NCBI GenBank assembly: GCA_963727775.1
Contig: CAVSHB010000001.1
Span: 1,120,001 to 1,184,000, forward strand
Source: an uncultured Nitrospiraceae bacterium
GTDB taxonomy: Bacteria; Nitrospirota; Thermodesulfovibrionia; Thermodesulfovibrionales; SM23-35
Direction of reading: 5' to 3'
DNA length: 64,000 bases
Under the pieces are notes generated by a model. It saw only the letters and a program-made list of their open reading frames with translations, was not told the DNA's origin and did not search any database. A program made the position numbers and the translations under genes. This document shows, piece after piece, positions 39,401 to 49,874 of the stretch. The first letter of the stretch is position 1; every line of letters begins with the position of its first letter.

Positions 39401-40438
39401 TCAATCAAAAACAATCAAACTTTTCAAGGAGTCCCTGGCCTCTGACGTTAACCTGAATGCCTCTGCAGTCATTTCAATCGGGAACCTGTGCGTGACAAGT
39501 TTACCGGCCCTTACCGTTCCTTTCTCTATTATCTCAAGCGCATCGGCTGTGTCTGTCGGTCCGCAGGAATAGCTGGTGATTAAATTGATGTCCCTGAAAT
39601 ATAAGTCATTCGGATCAATAGTCAGCCGGTCATCAGGTTTTGCAGGAGTAAAAAATAGGACACTACCTCCTGCTCTGACAGCAGAGAGTCCCTGTTTCAT
39701 TGCTTCAATGCTGTTTGGGCCGACAATAACAATATCAGCCATCTCTCCATTCGTGATATCTTTCAAGGCATCAATGAGATCATATTTTGAGACGTCGATG
39801 ACCTCATACGTGCCAAATTCCCTGGCTTTTCCAAGCCTGAATGAGACCATATCGGCCCCGATGATTTTACCTGCCCCGAAATGCTTTGACAGTACAATAT
39901 GTATTTGTCCCATTATACCGAGACCGATTACGAGGACGGTATCCCCGCGTTTGATGTTAACTCTCCTCAATGCCTTCACGACGCACGCAGTCGGTTCTAT
40001 CAATGTGCCGTCCTCGTAACTCAACTCATCGGGCAAAGAGATTGTATCGTTTTCAAGATTTACCTGCGGAATGAGAATATATTCAGAAACACCGCCGGGA
40101 ATTATTTTTGTATTTTTCCATGTTGCACACTGCACATAATCTCCCCGCCTGCAGTATTTACATACGAAACACGGCGCATGGTGATGCACAAAAACCCTGT
40201 CCCCGGGTTTGAAGGATCTAACATCACGGCCGACTTCAACTATCTCACCCGCCGGCTCGTGCCCGAGAACCAGAGGCGCCTTTTTTTCGATATACCACCG
40301 CATGACGTCTCCTGAGCATATGCCGCTTGCCCGTGTCTTGATAAGGGCTTCTCCAGCTCCTACTGCCGGAACAGGTATATCTTCTATGCGGATGTCATTG
40401 AAGCTGTATAATTTAGCGGTCTTCATTGTTAGCACCAA
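39401..40438 (-). CDS. Zn-dependent alcohol dehydrogenase (MDR family)
   Basis: GICSGD, GHEPAG, CxxCxxC...C, GLGIMG. Confidence 0.9.
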   Translation of the reverse strand: MVLTMKTAKLYSFNDIRIEDIPVPAVGAGEALIKTRASGICSGDVMRWYIEKKAPLVLGHEPAGEIVEVGRDVRSFKPGDRVFVHHHAPCFVCKYCRRGDYVQCATWKNTKIIPGGVSEYILIPQVNLENDTISLPDELSYEDGTLIEPTACVVKALRRVNIKRGDTVLVIGLGIMGQIHIVLSKHFGAGKIIGADMVSFRLGKAREFGTYEVIDVSKYDLIDALKDITNGEMADIVIVGPNSIEAMKQGLSAVRAGGSVLFFTPAKPDDRLTIDPNDLYFRDINLITSYSCGPTDTADALEIIEKGTVRAGKLVTHRFPIEMTAEAFRLTSEARDSLKSLIVFD

Positions 40439-40509
40439 AATTTCTTATAAAATGGATAACGTGACATTAACCTAAAAGCTGCATTTTTCGGGTTAACCGC
40501 ATTTCCCGA

Positions 40510-41526
40510 TTAAGGGATGATTGCATATTTTATTCCAATTCCTTTGGCGAGTTTATCAAAGGCTCTTTGTGTTTGCGTTAGCGGGAATTTACCTGAAATG
40601 AGTCCTGATACACTGATTTTTTTTTGACAGAGGAGCCTGTAAGCTTTCTTCACATCGGCTGGAGTGTAATGGAAGGTCCCCATTAAAGTTATTTCATTAT
40701 AGTGGAGTTTCCCTGTGTCATAGGTTACTGTTGTGCCGGGTTTACATCCTCCGAAGAGAACGACCTTCCCTCCCTTTCGCACATAATCGATAGATTCCTG
40801 CCAGACCTCAGGCACGCCGGTACACTCAAAGACATAATCAACCCCGATGTCCTTCGTAACCTTCTTTATAGCAGTATTAACATTTTCCGGCTGAGAAACA
40901 GAGTCTGCTCCAAGTTCCTTTGCGATGTTCAGTTTTTTATTATGCTTGTCCGTTAAAGCTACCACAGCCCCTTTTTCCTTGAGAAGCAGTAAATGAAGGA
41001 GTCCTATGGGGCCGGCCCCTATGACCAATGCTGTTTCCCCTTTGTGTATTCCAAGCGGCTCTATGCCATGCACCACACATGAGAGGGGCTCAAGAAACGC
41101 GGCCTCCTCAAAAGGCAGGGCTTCAGGTTTGTGAAATGTATTTTGTCTTACGATGTGAGAGGGCAGCAAAATATATTCTGCAAATGCACCGAGGACCTTT
41201 GTTCCCATTATATTTTCACAGAGGTTATAAGCGCTTTTCTTGCAGTAGCTGCATTTGAGGCATGGGGCGCTGTGGACCGCCATTATTTTGTCATTCTTCC
41301 TGAACCCTTTCACTCCCTGGCCTGCACTATCAACTATCCCGGAGAATTCATGGCCGAAAACCCCGGGCATTGGAATTACAGGATGTCCGCGTTTGAATGC
41401 CTTAAGGTCTGTTCCACATGTGAGGGCCGCCTTTATCTTTATGAGAAGCTCTCCATCCGAGGGTCCGGGTTTTTCCCGATGTTGAAGCTCTATTCTGCCG
41501 GGGTTGATAAGGATGTTTGCAAGCAA
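40510..41526 (-). CDS. Zn-dependent alcohol dehydrogenase (MDR family)
   Basis: TCGTD, GHEFSG, GAGPIG. Confidence 0.9.
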   Translation of the reverse strand: MLANILINPGRIELQHREKPGPSDGELLIKIKAALTCGTDLKAFKRGHPVIPMPGVFGHEFSGIVDSAGQGVKGFRKNDKIMAVHSAPCLKCSYCKKSAYNLCENIMGTKVLGAFAEYILLPSHIVRQNTFHKPEALPFEEAAFLEPLSCVVHGIEPLGIHKGETALVIGAGPIGLLHLLLLKEKGAVVALTDKHNKKLNIAKELGADSVSQPENVNTAIKKVTKDIGVDYVFECTGVPEVWQESIDYVRKGGKVVLFGGCKPGTTVTYDTGKLHYNEITLMGTFHYTPADVKKAYRLLCQKKISVSGLISGKFPLTQTQRAFDKLAKGIGIKYAIIP

Positions 41527-41528
41527 GA

Positions 41529-41777
41529 TTAAAATTCCAGCTTGCCGCCCACTATCTGTCCTGCAACGGCAGCAAGCGCAAAAACCGGGATGTATTTCAT
41601 CTCAATATGGGAAACAGTTCTTGCAATGAAAATAAAAGGGATAGGGGCATGTATACACAGGAACCAGCGCAATGAATATTTTATTGATCTTGTCCTGAGA
41701 TAACCGAAAGGCAGATTAAGAATAAGGGTGAATGCAAACAGTATCAGGATAGTATAATATTTATTATAGAATTCCAT
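41529..41777 (-). CDS. Small membrane protein
   Basis: LNLPFGYLR...WFLCIHAPIP; three hydrophobic segments; operonic with the ADH genes. Confidence 0.75.
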   Translation of the reverse strand: MEFYNKYYTILILFAFTLILNLPFGYLRTRSIKYSLRWFLCIHAPIPFIFIARTVSHIEMKYIPVFALAAVAGQIVGGKLEF

Positions 41778-41837
41778 AACTGAAAAAATACCTTAAAGAG
41801 ATGGTCTAAGTCAAATGACCGAAAGAGAGGCTGTTTC

Positions 41838-42059
41838 ATGGCTGAAGTCCCTGCTGTTGCCGCTGAAGAAAAGATAAAAGAGGTCCTCGAAAGTCTGCAA
41901 TGCATATTGACCGCTCACGACAGTTGCGCAGAGCTGATAGACGTTAAAGGCAACAGGGCCGTAATATATTGCGGAGGACCTTGCGTGAAGTGTGATAACC
42001 GTTGTATTGAAGAGGCGATTAAAGAAAAACTGCCGGATATGGAAGTTATTATTCAATAA
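41838..42059 (+). CDS. NifU-like (Nfu) small domain protein
   Basis: IKEVLE...ELIDV...CGGPCVKC. Confidence 0.6.
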   Translation: MAEVPAVAAEEKIKEVLESLQCILTAHDSCAELIDVKGNRAVIYCGGPCVKCDNRCIEEAIKEKLPDMEVIIQ

Positions 42060-42062
42060 GGG

Positions 42063-44429
42063 TCACTTCATCGTTACAACGGTCACGCCGATATTGCCTT
42101 CCTCCGGTGTCCCGCTTCTGAAGCTTTGTACCAAAGGGTGTGCGTTTAAGTGGTCATGCACTGCCTTCAAAAGCAGGCCTTTTCCTACACCATGAATGAC
42201 GGTCACTTCAGGTAGTTCAGCCAATGTGGCATGATTAAGGAAGGTCTCCAATCTCGACAAGGCTTCATCAACCCTCAATCCTATAAGGTTTATCCTCGAA
42301 GAAACAGCTTCTTCCATTTTATCAGATGAAACGGGAGCTTTTACCGTGGAGAGAGATTTCCCCTTTTGAAAACCTATATCCGACGCAGGGACTTCTATCT
42401 CCATATTCCCGGCCATTACCCTTAAGCGATTATTATTCCTATTTACCTCAATGATTGACGCGTCATAACCGAGAGATCTGACAAAGACAATATCTCCTTT
42501 CCGTATGTCGCCGATTGCCGGGGAAGCATTGTCTTCATCGGAATATTCCCTGATTTTTTCTGCAATGTTTTCCTGTTGGGCCTCAACCTCCGTTATCAGC
42601 CTCCGCGCCTCGTTCCTGTCCTTGTTCCTGATCTCATCGAGCACCTCATGCATCTGTCTTTTTGTCTGCGAAATGATTCCGGAAGCCTCTCTGTATGCAG
42701 TTGCTAGGACCTCCTTCTGTTTTTCTTCCGTCTTAAGGAGCATTTGTCCGATCAGTTTGTTTCTTTCCTCTATTTCCGCCTGTTGTCTTTGAAGCTCCTC
42801 CAGCAGGGTCTCATAGTGCAGCCTTTTTGTGTTGTAGTCAGCGACCATATTATCAAACTCTACCTTCATATTTCCCATCATTTCTTTTGCTTCAGCAATT
42901 AATTTGTCGGGCAGGCCGTACCTTTGCGCTATATCAAGGGCGTGCGACTGACCGGGCTCACCGACGCGCAACTTGTACAAAGGCGTAAGCGTTTTTTGGT
43001 CAAATTCCATAGAGGCGTTGACCATTCCTGCTGTCCTGTGCACAAACCCCTTTATTTCGGACAAATGCGTTGTGGCAAAAACAAGAGAGCCTCTCTTTCT
43101 TATCTCTTTTAAGATTGCGCAGGACAAAGCGGCCCCTTCATCAGGGTCAGTGCCTGTCCCGAGTTCATCAATTAAGATGACGCTCTGCGGACCGGTCATC
43201 TTCAGAATTTCGGAGATATTTGATATATGTGCGGAAAATGTAGACAGGTTATTTTCTATTGATTGTTCATCGCCGATATCAACGAGCAGATTTTTGATCA
43301 CAGGTAAACTTGAAGACGGGTCCGCGGGAATCGGGATACCTGATAATGCCATAAGGAGCAATAGGCCGATTGTCTTAATGGCGATGGTCTTTCCTCCGGC
43401 ATTCGCTCCTGTTATTACCATTACGCTGTCCTCGCCTCCCAACGCGATATCCAACGGCACTAATTTTTGTTTGTTACCTGTCCGATGCAATGAAAGTTGA
43501 AGGATAGGATGTCTTGCCCCGAGAAGTTTAATAACATCATCGTTGTTGATATGGGGGATTTCCATATCCAGCCGGTCGGAAAACTTCGCAATACAATTCA
43601 GGACATCGAGATAGACAATGGTTTTGAACTCTCCATCGATACCGTCGATTGATTTTCTTATTAACGAAGAGATGGTTCTCAGGATTCGAAATTCTTCAGC
43701 TTTCTGTTCGGCAACGAGGTTTTCCAATTCGTTGGTAAAGTTTATAATGCCGAGGGGTTCAATAAATGCCGTTTCACCCGACTTGGAAATATCATGGACA
43801 ACTCCGGGTACCATTCCCTTGGAATCCATTCTTACCGGGATGACCCACCTTCCGGACCTTGTTGTGATGAAATCGTCATGCAACAAAGCAGAAAGGTTTT
43901 CGTCCCTCACTATCTCTTCGAGCTTCTTGCGTATTTTTCCTTCAAGCTTTCTTATGCGGGACCTCAAATCGGACAGCAGAAAGGAGGCGCTATCAAGGAT
44001 ATTCCCTTCAGTGTCAATAGATTTTTTGAGGATATCCCTTATCTCGGGAAATCCTGTAAGGTGTAAGGTCAGTTCTTTCAGGAAGGGAAGGTCGGTCCTT
44101 TCCTTAAGCTGCAATGATATGGCATATGAAATGTTCAGGACAGGCATGAATTCTGAAAGTTCTATGGCCTCAAGGACAGCCCCCTCGGGTCTCATTTTTA
44201 ATATCAGATGATATATATCCGGGAATGAGGACAACCTTATCGGGTTTCTCTCAACGGACATCCTGCGGATTTCCCGAACCTGCCCGAACCTTTTCTCAAT
44301 AGTTGCCCTGCTGTCCAGGGGACAAATATCCAATACCGATAACTTTGAAGCATCACTATCGGCAAGATCGGAAATCAGTCTCAGGAGTTTATTGAATTCG
44401 AGCAATTCAAGGGTATTTTTTAGTATCAT
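42063..44429 (-). CDS. mutS2: Endonuclease MutS2
   Basis: LELLEF start, ITGANAGGKT, DELGTGTDP, C-terminal Smr (IHGVGKG). Confidence 0.95.
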   Translation of the reverse strand: MILKNTLELLEFNKLLRLISDLADSDASKLSVLDICPLDSRATIEKRFGQVREIRRMSVERNPIRLSSFPDIYHLILKMRPEGAVLEAIELSEFMPVLNISYAISLQLKERTDLPFLKELTLHLTGFPEIRDILKKSIDTEGNILDSASFLLSDLRSRIRKLEGKIRKKLEEIVRDENLSALLHDDFITTRSGRWVIPVRMDSKGMVPGVVHDISKSGETAFIEPLGIINFTNELENLVAEQKAEEFRILRTISSLIRKSIDGIDGEFKTIVYLDVLNCIAKFSDRLDMEIPHINNDDVIKLLGARHPILQLSLHRTGNKQKLVPLDIALGGEDSVMVITGANAGGKTIAIKTIGLLLLMALSGIPIPADPSSSLPVIKNLLVDIGDEQSIENNLSTFSAHISNISEILKMTGPQSVILIDELGTGTDPDEGAALSCAILKEIRKRGSLVFATTHLSEIKGFVHRTAGMVNASMEFDQKTLTPLYKLRVGEPGQSHALDIAQRYGLPDKLIAEAKEMMGNMKVEFDNMVADYNTKRLHYETLLEELQRQQAEIEERNKLIGQMLLKTEEKQKEVLATAYREASGIISQTKRQMHEVLDEIRNKDRNEARRLITEVEAQQENIAEKIREYSDEDNASPAIGDIRKGDIVFVRSLGYDASIIEVNRNNNRLRVMAGNMEIEVPASDIGFQKGKSLSTVKAPVSSDKMEEAVSSRINLIGLRVDEALSRLETFLNHATLAELPEVTVIHGVGKGLLLKAVHDHLNAHPLVQSFRSGTPEEGNIGVTVVTMK

Positions 44430-44621
44430 ATTCTCTTCAATTGGTTAATCGTGCAGACATTGTTCGGAAATTTATTTAACTCGATAAATTTATTAATACT
44501 ATCTTTGTTGGGTATATTTAATAAAACATTATGAATATCTATCAGTTTAGGTAAATTAAGGTATCTAAAAATAAATTTTCTCACAAAATCTGCGCGATTA
44601 ATTCATTAACTGATTTTTGAT

Positions 44622-45860
44622 CTAAGGATTATAATATTTCTTCTTCTTTTTCAGATAGTCCTGTTCAACGTATCCGTCATAATCATGTGGATATTTGTAG
44701 CCTTCCCCATGCCCCAATTTCTTCGCGCCCGGATAATGGCTGTCCTTCAAATGGTCCGGCACTTCCATTGTCTTTTCTGTCGAAATGTCTGCTAAAGCCG
44801 CTTCAATTGCTTTATAAGAGGCATTGCTCTTCGGCGCTGAAGCGATATAGATGACGGCTTGGGCCAATGGTATCTTCGCCTCAGGCATTCCGATGAATTC
44901 TACCGCCTTTAAGGCGGAAGTTGCGACTACTAACGCCATTGGGTCGGCATTGCCGACATCTTCAGAAGCACAGATGACAATACGCCTTGCGATAAACCTA
45001 GGGTCTTCACCTGCATAGATCATTTTGGCCAAGTAATAGATTGCGGCGTCGGGATCAGACCCGCGCATGCTCTTAATAAAAGCAGAGATCGTATCATAAT
45101 GCTGATCACCCTTTTTATCATAGACAACTGCTTTTTTCTGTATAGATTCTTCTGTGATTTCGAGGGTTATTATTATTTGCCCATTTGTATCCGGCGGAGT
45201 TGTAAGGGCGGCAATTTCGAGCGCTGATAAGGCCTTTCGCGCGTCCCCGTCAGACATTTTTGCGAGATGATTTAAGGCGGATCCATCAACCGTTATATTG
45301 AGATTGCCAAGCCCTTTGTCCTTATTCCTAATAGCATTATTCAGGATGCACTTAATGTCCGCTTCGGTGAGCGATTTTAATTCAAATATCTGGCTCCGTG
45401 AAAGGAGCGCGGAATTTACATAAAAGAATGGGTTCTCTACGGTTGCGGAGATAAGGGTTATATTGCCTTCTTCGACGTCGGGTAGGAGGGCGTCCTGCTG
45501 AAGCTTGTTGAACCTGTGTATTTCGTCGAGAAAGAGAATAGTTTTAATACCCTTAAGCTTCCTTGTTTTAGCATTCTGTATGACTTTTCTGATTTCGTCG
45601 AGCCCGATCGTTGCGGCATTTAGCCATTCGAAATGGGCTTTTGTCTTTTCTGCGATTATTCTTGCGAGAGCTGTTTTGCCTGTTCCCGGAGGGCCATATA
45701 AGATTACCGACGAAATCCTGTCTGATTCTATCGCCCTCCTCAACAATTTCCCCTGACCGATTATATGTCTCTGACCAAAATATTCGTCGAGCGTCCTGGG
45801 ACACATCCTGTAAGCTAAAGGTTGAGAAGGCGCATTTTCTTCTTCTTGAAACAATCCCAT
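44622..45860 (-). CDS. rarA: Replication-associated recombination protein A
   Basis: PLAYRMCP, GPPGTGKT, DEIHRFNK, SAFIKSMRGSDPDAA. Confidence 0.95.
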   Translation of the reverse strand: MGLFQEEENAPSQPLAYRMCPRTLDEYFGQRHIIGQGKLLRRAIESDRISSVILYGPPGTGKTALARIIAEKTKAHFEWLNAATIGLDEIRKVIQNAKTRKLKGIKTILFLDEIHRFNKLQQDALLPDVEEGNITLISATVENPFFYVNSALLSRSQIFELKSLTEADIKCILNNAIRNKDKGLGNLNITVDGSALNHLAKMSDGDARKALSALEIAALTTPPDTNGQIIITLEITEESIQKKAVVYDKKGDQHYDTISAFIKSMRGSDPDAAIYYLAKMIYAGEDPRFIARRIVICASEDVGNADPMALVVATSALKAVEFIGMPEAKIPLAQAVIYIASAPKSNASYKAIEAALADISTEKTMEVPDHLKDSHYPGAKKLGHGEGYKYPHDYDGYVEQDYLKKKKKYYNP

Positions 45861-46037
45861 ATACTATGTTCCACTGAAAGATTAATAAATATCAAGCCGG
45901 TAACTTTCCGTTTAGCATTCCGAATGACAAATATTATACAGCTGCGGGTATCCTGTCGGGGATATCGGAGAAATGATATACTATTTTGCATATCGCAAGT
46001 TGAAATAAGCTGTAGAGGTTATTGATAGGAGGGTAAT

Positions 46038-46127
46038 ATGTTTCATACAGCAGACCCGAAAGATATTATTGATGGAAAAATAACCGATGTTTATTTCGAT
46101 CGGTCGCTGCAGAACCGCTCTTTGTAG
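46038..46127 (+). pseudogene. N-terminal remnant of nicotinate phosphoribosyltransferase
   Basis: AGGAGG RBS then MFHTADPKDIIDGKITDVYFDRSL followed by an early stop; resembles the N-terminus of archaeal-type NAPRTases. Confidence 0.65.
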
Positions 46128-46165
46128 AATGATGCGTAATCACCATTTTTCTGCCTGCTACATAC

Positions 46166-47002
46166 TTGAATAAAATGTCTTCCTTTTATATCTTAATTGC
46201 CATATTCCTCTGGAGTTCTATCGGTGTTGTAGTCAGGCTCTCGGGTGTTTCTATCCATATACTCATCTTCTATTCGATTGTGGTGTCTTTGGTAATTCAG
46301 GGTCTGCTTTTAACCCAAAAAAAATATAGAAAAGAGATGCCCGGCATCCGGGACCTTAAGTATCCAATAATACTCGGGGCGGTATCGCTGCTCAATACGT
46401 TTAGTTACTATTATGCTTACAGAAATACGACTGTAGCAAATGCAGTCCTGACCCATTATATAGCGCCGATTGTCGTTGCATTATTGGCGCCGCTGATTCT
46501 GAAAGAGAAGATCACGAAAAGGATATCCTTTGTGATCATTATAGCTTCAGCCGGTCTCTGGATAATGCTCGGCGGGTTTTCATTTAAAGAGGCCCAGGCA
46601 ATAGGTATAATGGCCGGTTTGATCTCGGGACTATCATATGCGGTCATAGTGATTTTTTTAAGGATTTATTCACCACACTTTAACCCGATCGTGCTATCTT
46701 TTTTTACGAATTTATTTATTGCGATTATGCTCGTTCCTTTTGTACGGGAGGTCCCTTTAAAGGCTGTATGGAGTTATCTTTTCATGGGAACAGTCCATTC
46801 AACCATCGCGCCTATTTTATACTATAAAGGGCTTCAGTATGTCTCTGCCAACAGGTCTGCCGTGCTCGGATATCTTGAGCCTGTCTCAGCTATTGCATTA
46901 GGTATGCTTTTATTGAATGAAGTTCCGGGAATAAATTCGATTATCGGGGGTGTGTTGATAATGATTTCAGGTTATCTGACGCTTACAAATGCAAAGGCAT
47001 AA
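46166..47002 (+). CDS. DMT/EamA family transporter
   Basis: About 10 TM helices in two repeats; YLEPV motif. Confidence 0.88.
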   Translation: MNKMSSFYILIAIFLWSSIGVVVRLSGVSIHILIFYSIVVSLVIQGLLLTQKKYRKEMPGIRDLKYPIILGAVSLLNTFSYYYAYRNTTVANAVLTHYIAPIVVALLAPLILKEKITKRISFVIIIASAGLWIMLGGFSFKEAQAIGIMAGLISGLSYAVIVIFLRIYSPHFNPIVLSFFTNLFIAIMLVPFVREVPLKAVWSYLFMGTVHSTIAPILYYKGLQYVSANRSAVLGYLEPVSAIALGMLLLNEVPGINSIIGGVLIMISGYLTLTNAKA

Positions 47003-47003
47003 G

Positions 47004-47789
47004 ATGATGCAAACGACCATGGTCATCCACATGAAAGATGTTTCCTGGATATACGGGAAGAAGCATATCCTCAGGAATATCAGCTGGGACGTTAACCGGG
47101 GTGAGCACTGGGCAATCGTCGGACTGAACGGCTCCGGCAAGACCTCACTGCTGAACATGATCAACGGATACATATGGCCGTCCAGAGGGGAGGTCAGCGT
47201 GCTGGGAAAAGAATTCGGGAAATACGACATACGCGAATTACGCAAAAAAATCGGATGGGTCAGCTCTTCTCTACAGGAAAAATTCTATGCCGGTGAAACC
47301 GCTGAAGAAATTGTGCTCAGTGGGAATTACGCAACGATCGGGTTATACGATAAACCAAAGCAAAAAGATATTGAACATGCTTCAGTATTGCTGAAGCGGT
47401 TTAAATGTGCTCATATAGCCAGGCAACCATACTGGACTCTGTCACAGGGAGAGAAACAAAAAGTGCTTATTGTGCGCGCATTGATCAGTTCTCCACGATT
47501 GCTTATTATGGATGAGCCATGCACCGGACTAGATATTTTTTCGAGGGAAAAAATGTTGTCACTTATAGAGAATATAGGCAGAAAGGAATCTGCTCCCACG
47601 TTGCTTTATGTTTCCCACCGCATAGAAGAAATCCTGCCTGTATTTAGCCATACATTATTACTGCGTCATGGGGAGGTCCATTCCAAAGGCAAAACAAAAG
47701 ATGTACTGACCAAAAGAAACCTTTCAGATTTTTTTAGTGTGCCGGTGGAAGTACAATGGCGCAAGGAACGCGCATGGGTACAGATCTGA
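47004..47789 (+). CDS. ABC transporter ATP-binding protein (ModF/YlmA-like)
   Basis: GLNGSGKT, LSQGE, DEPCTGLD. Confidence 0.9.
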   Translation: MMQTTMVIHMKDVSWIYGKKHILRNISWDVNRGEHWAIVGLNGSGKTSLLNMINGYIWPSRGEVSVLGKEFGKYDIRELRKKIGWVSSSLQEKFYAGETAEEIVLSGNYATIGLYDKPKQKDIEHASVLLKRFKCAHIARQPYWTLSQGEKQKVLIVRALISSPRLLIMDEPCTGLDIFSREKMLSLIENIGRKESAPTLLYVSHRIEEILPVFSHTLLLRHGEVHSKGKTKDVLTKRNLSDFFSVPVEVQWRKERAWVQI

Positions 47790-47898
47790 TCGAATCTACA
47801 GCCTATCCGCACCTTGATAAAAAGAGGAGCGGTCCATGAAGTTGTAGAAATTGGGATATTGTCATGAGCGCAAAATATATGTTATTTTAAAAGCGCTT

Positions 47899-47974
<76 letters not shown>

Positions 47975-48468
47975 TTAACACACAAGAGGTCGTACGGAAG
48001 GAAATCCTTTTAAAGCTGAGATTACAAGAAATATTGATAACACAGAGAAAGAGAAATTTTTTGTTATTCGAGATCTATCAAACATTCTCCCTAAAGTGAG
48101 CATCGGGGAGCACATCATCTGAAAGTTTGACTCCACATAGGAGTTCTTGCCGGCGATATTTTGTAATCTGTGATGAGTATATTTCGACAGAGACGACACC
48201 ATGGCAGGTCCTAAAAATAAACACTGTGACGTTCTTTATATAGTCAATATCCGCCTGGATACTGATCTGCACTAAGTACTTCTCTGAAGTTCTCGAAACT
48301 GGTTTCATCCTAGTGTTCATCACGTTTATGTTTTGAGTAATGTGAGCAATCCGCCCGTTTTTTGAAACCGGAGAAAGGCGCATATTGAGATAATTGATCT
48401 GCGGTGATGTGAACTGTTAGGATGTTTGAGACATAGCGCGGAAGATTATTTCTTGATAAAATAAAAAT

Positions 48469-49860
48469 ATGACGATCATCAGGCATTTCTTTTTGTTCTT
48501 TCTGTCGGTTTCCATCTTGAGCCTCAGCGGTGGATGTGCGACCTTACCAAACGTTTCTGAAATGATTGATGAGGCGCCAACTGTCCAGAAACCTCGTCAA
48601 ATCGTTTCGTCCAAAGGACTGCTATCTCCCGAGAAAAGCAAGGTTATCATGGAACGGCTGAAGGGATCGGTCGACCCGACGGACATTCTGGAACGCCACA
48701 CTGCCGTGGTGGAATCGGTCACCGAAAGCCCGCTGACGAAGGGGAACAAAGTCACTCTGCTCGCCAATGGTCAGGCTGCCTACGCAGCAATGTTCAAAGC
48801 CATAGAGAATGCCGGAGACCATATCAACCTTGAAACCTTTATCATTGAAGATGATGAAGTGGGCCGCAAATTTGCCGATCTATTGCTGCAAAAACAGGCG
48901 GAAGGTGTCCAGGTAAATCTCATCTATGACAGCATGGGCAGTTACAGTACCCCTACTGCCTTTTTCCAGCGCTTGCGGGACGGGGGAATTCAGGTGGTCG
49001 AATTCAATCCAATAAACCCGTTCAAGGCCCACGGGCACTGGCTACTGGCGCATCCGGACCACCGCAAGATTTTGATCATCGACGGCAAAGTCGCCATTTC
49101 AGGGGGCATCAACATCAGTTCGGTTTATTCAAGCAGACTTTCCGGAAGGAGACAAGTCGAAGGAGCGCCACTGCCATGGCGTGATACCGACGTTCAAATT
49201 GAAGGCCCTGCGGTGGCTGAATTCCAAAAGTTCTTTCTTGACACCTGGCAGAAGCAGCATGGACCGGAACTCTCTGAACTGAAATATTTTCCTGATCTGA
49301 AAGAAGAGGGTAATTCCCTAGTGCGGGTGGTCGGCAGTACTCCGGGAGAGAGCAACCGGATAACTTTTATTGTGTATGTGTCTGCCATCACGTTTGCAGA
49401 GCATTCGGTTCATCTGACGAATGCCTATTTTATTCCCGACGAGCAGATACTGGATGCCTTCGCTGATGCTGCCAGGCGCGGCGTCGACGTAAAGATTATT
49501 GTTCCCGCAATAACCGATTCGAAACTGGCATTACAGGCACAGCGGTATAATTATTCCGGGCTTTTGAAAGCGGGAGTAAAGATATACGAACGCCGCAACG
49601 CCCTGCTGCATGCGAAAACTGCGGTGATTGATGAAGTCTGGTCCACGGTCGGTTCAACCAACATGGACTTCTGGAGCTTTTTAAGCGATGATGAGGTGAA
49701 TGCGGTTATCCTGAGCCGCGAGTTTGCCATCGAAATGGAGAAGATGTTTGCTAAAGATATCGCGGAGTCCGACCAGATTCAATGGGAAGAGTGGAAAAAA
49801 AGACCATTGTTCCCAAGGATCAGTGAGTGGTTAGCGCATTTATTTGCTCATTGGTTGTAA
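48469..49860 (+). CDS. cls: Cardiolipin synthase (lipoprotein-signal PLD family)
   Basis: Lipobox-like SGGC; HRKILIID and HAKTAVID motifs. Confidence 0.88.
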   Translation: MTIIRHFFLFFLSVSILSLSGGCATLPNVSEMIDEAPTVQKPRQIVSSKGLLSPEKSKVIMERLKGSVDPTDILERHTAVVESVTESPLTKGNKVTLLANGQAAYAAMFKAIENAGDHINLETFIIEDDEVGRKFADLLLQKQAEGVQVNLIYDSMGSYSTPTAFFQRLRDGGIQVVEFNPINPFKAHGHWLLAHPDHRKILIIDGKVAISGGINISSVYSSRLSGRRQVEGAPLPWRDTDVQIEGPAVAEFQKFFLDTWQKQHGPELSELKYFPDLKEEGNSLVRVVGSTPGESNRITFIVYVSAITFAEHSVHLTNAYFIPDEQILDAFADAARRGVDVKIIVPAITDSKLALQAQRYNYSGLLKAGVKIYERRNALLHAKTAVIDEVWSTVGSTNMDFWSFLSDDEVNAVILSREFAIEMEKMFAKDIAESDQIQWEEWKKRPLFPRISEWLAHLFAHWL

Positions 49861-49874
49861 AACATCGTCGAAGA

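Noticed and set aside
48078..48383. 101-aa minus-strand ORF after tRNA-Ala
   Set aside because: No RBS or family motif recognised; cannot be supported
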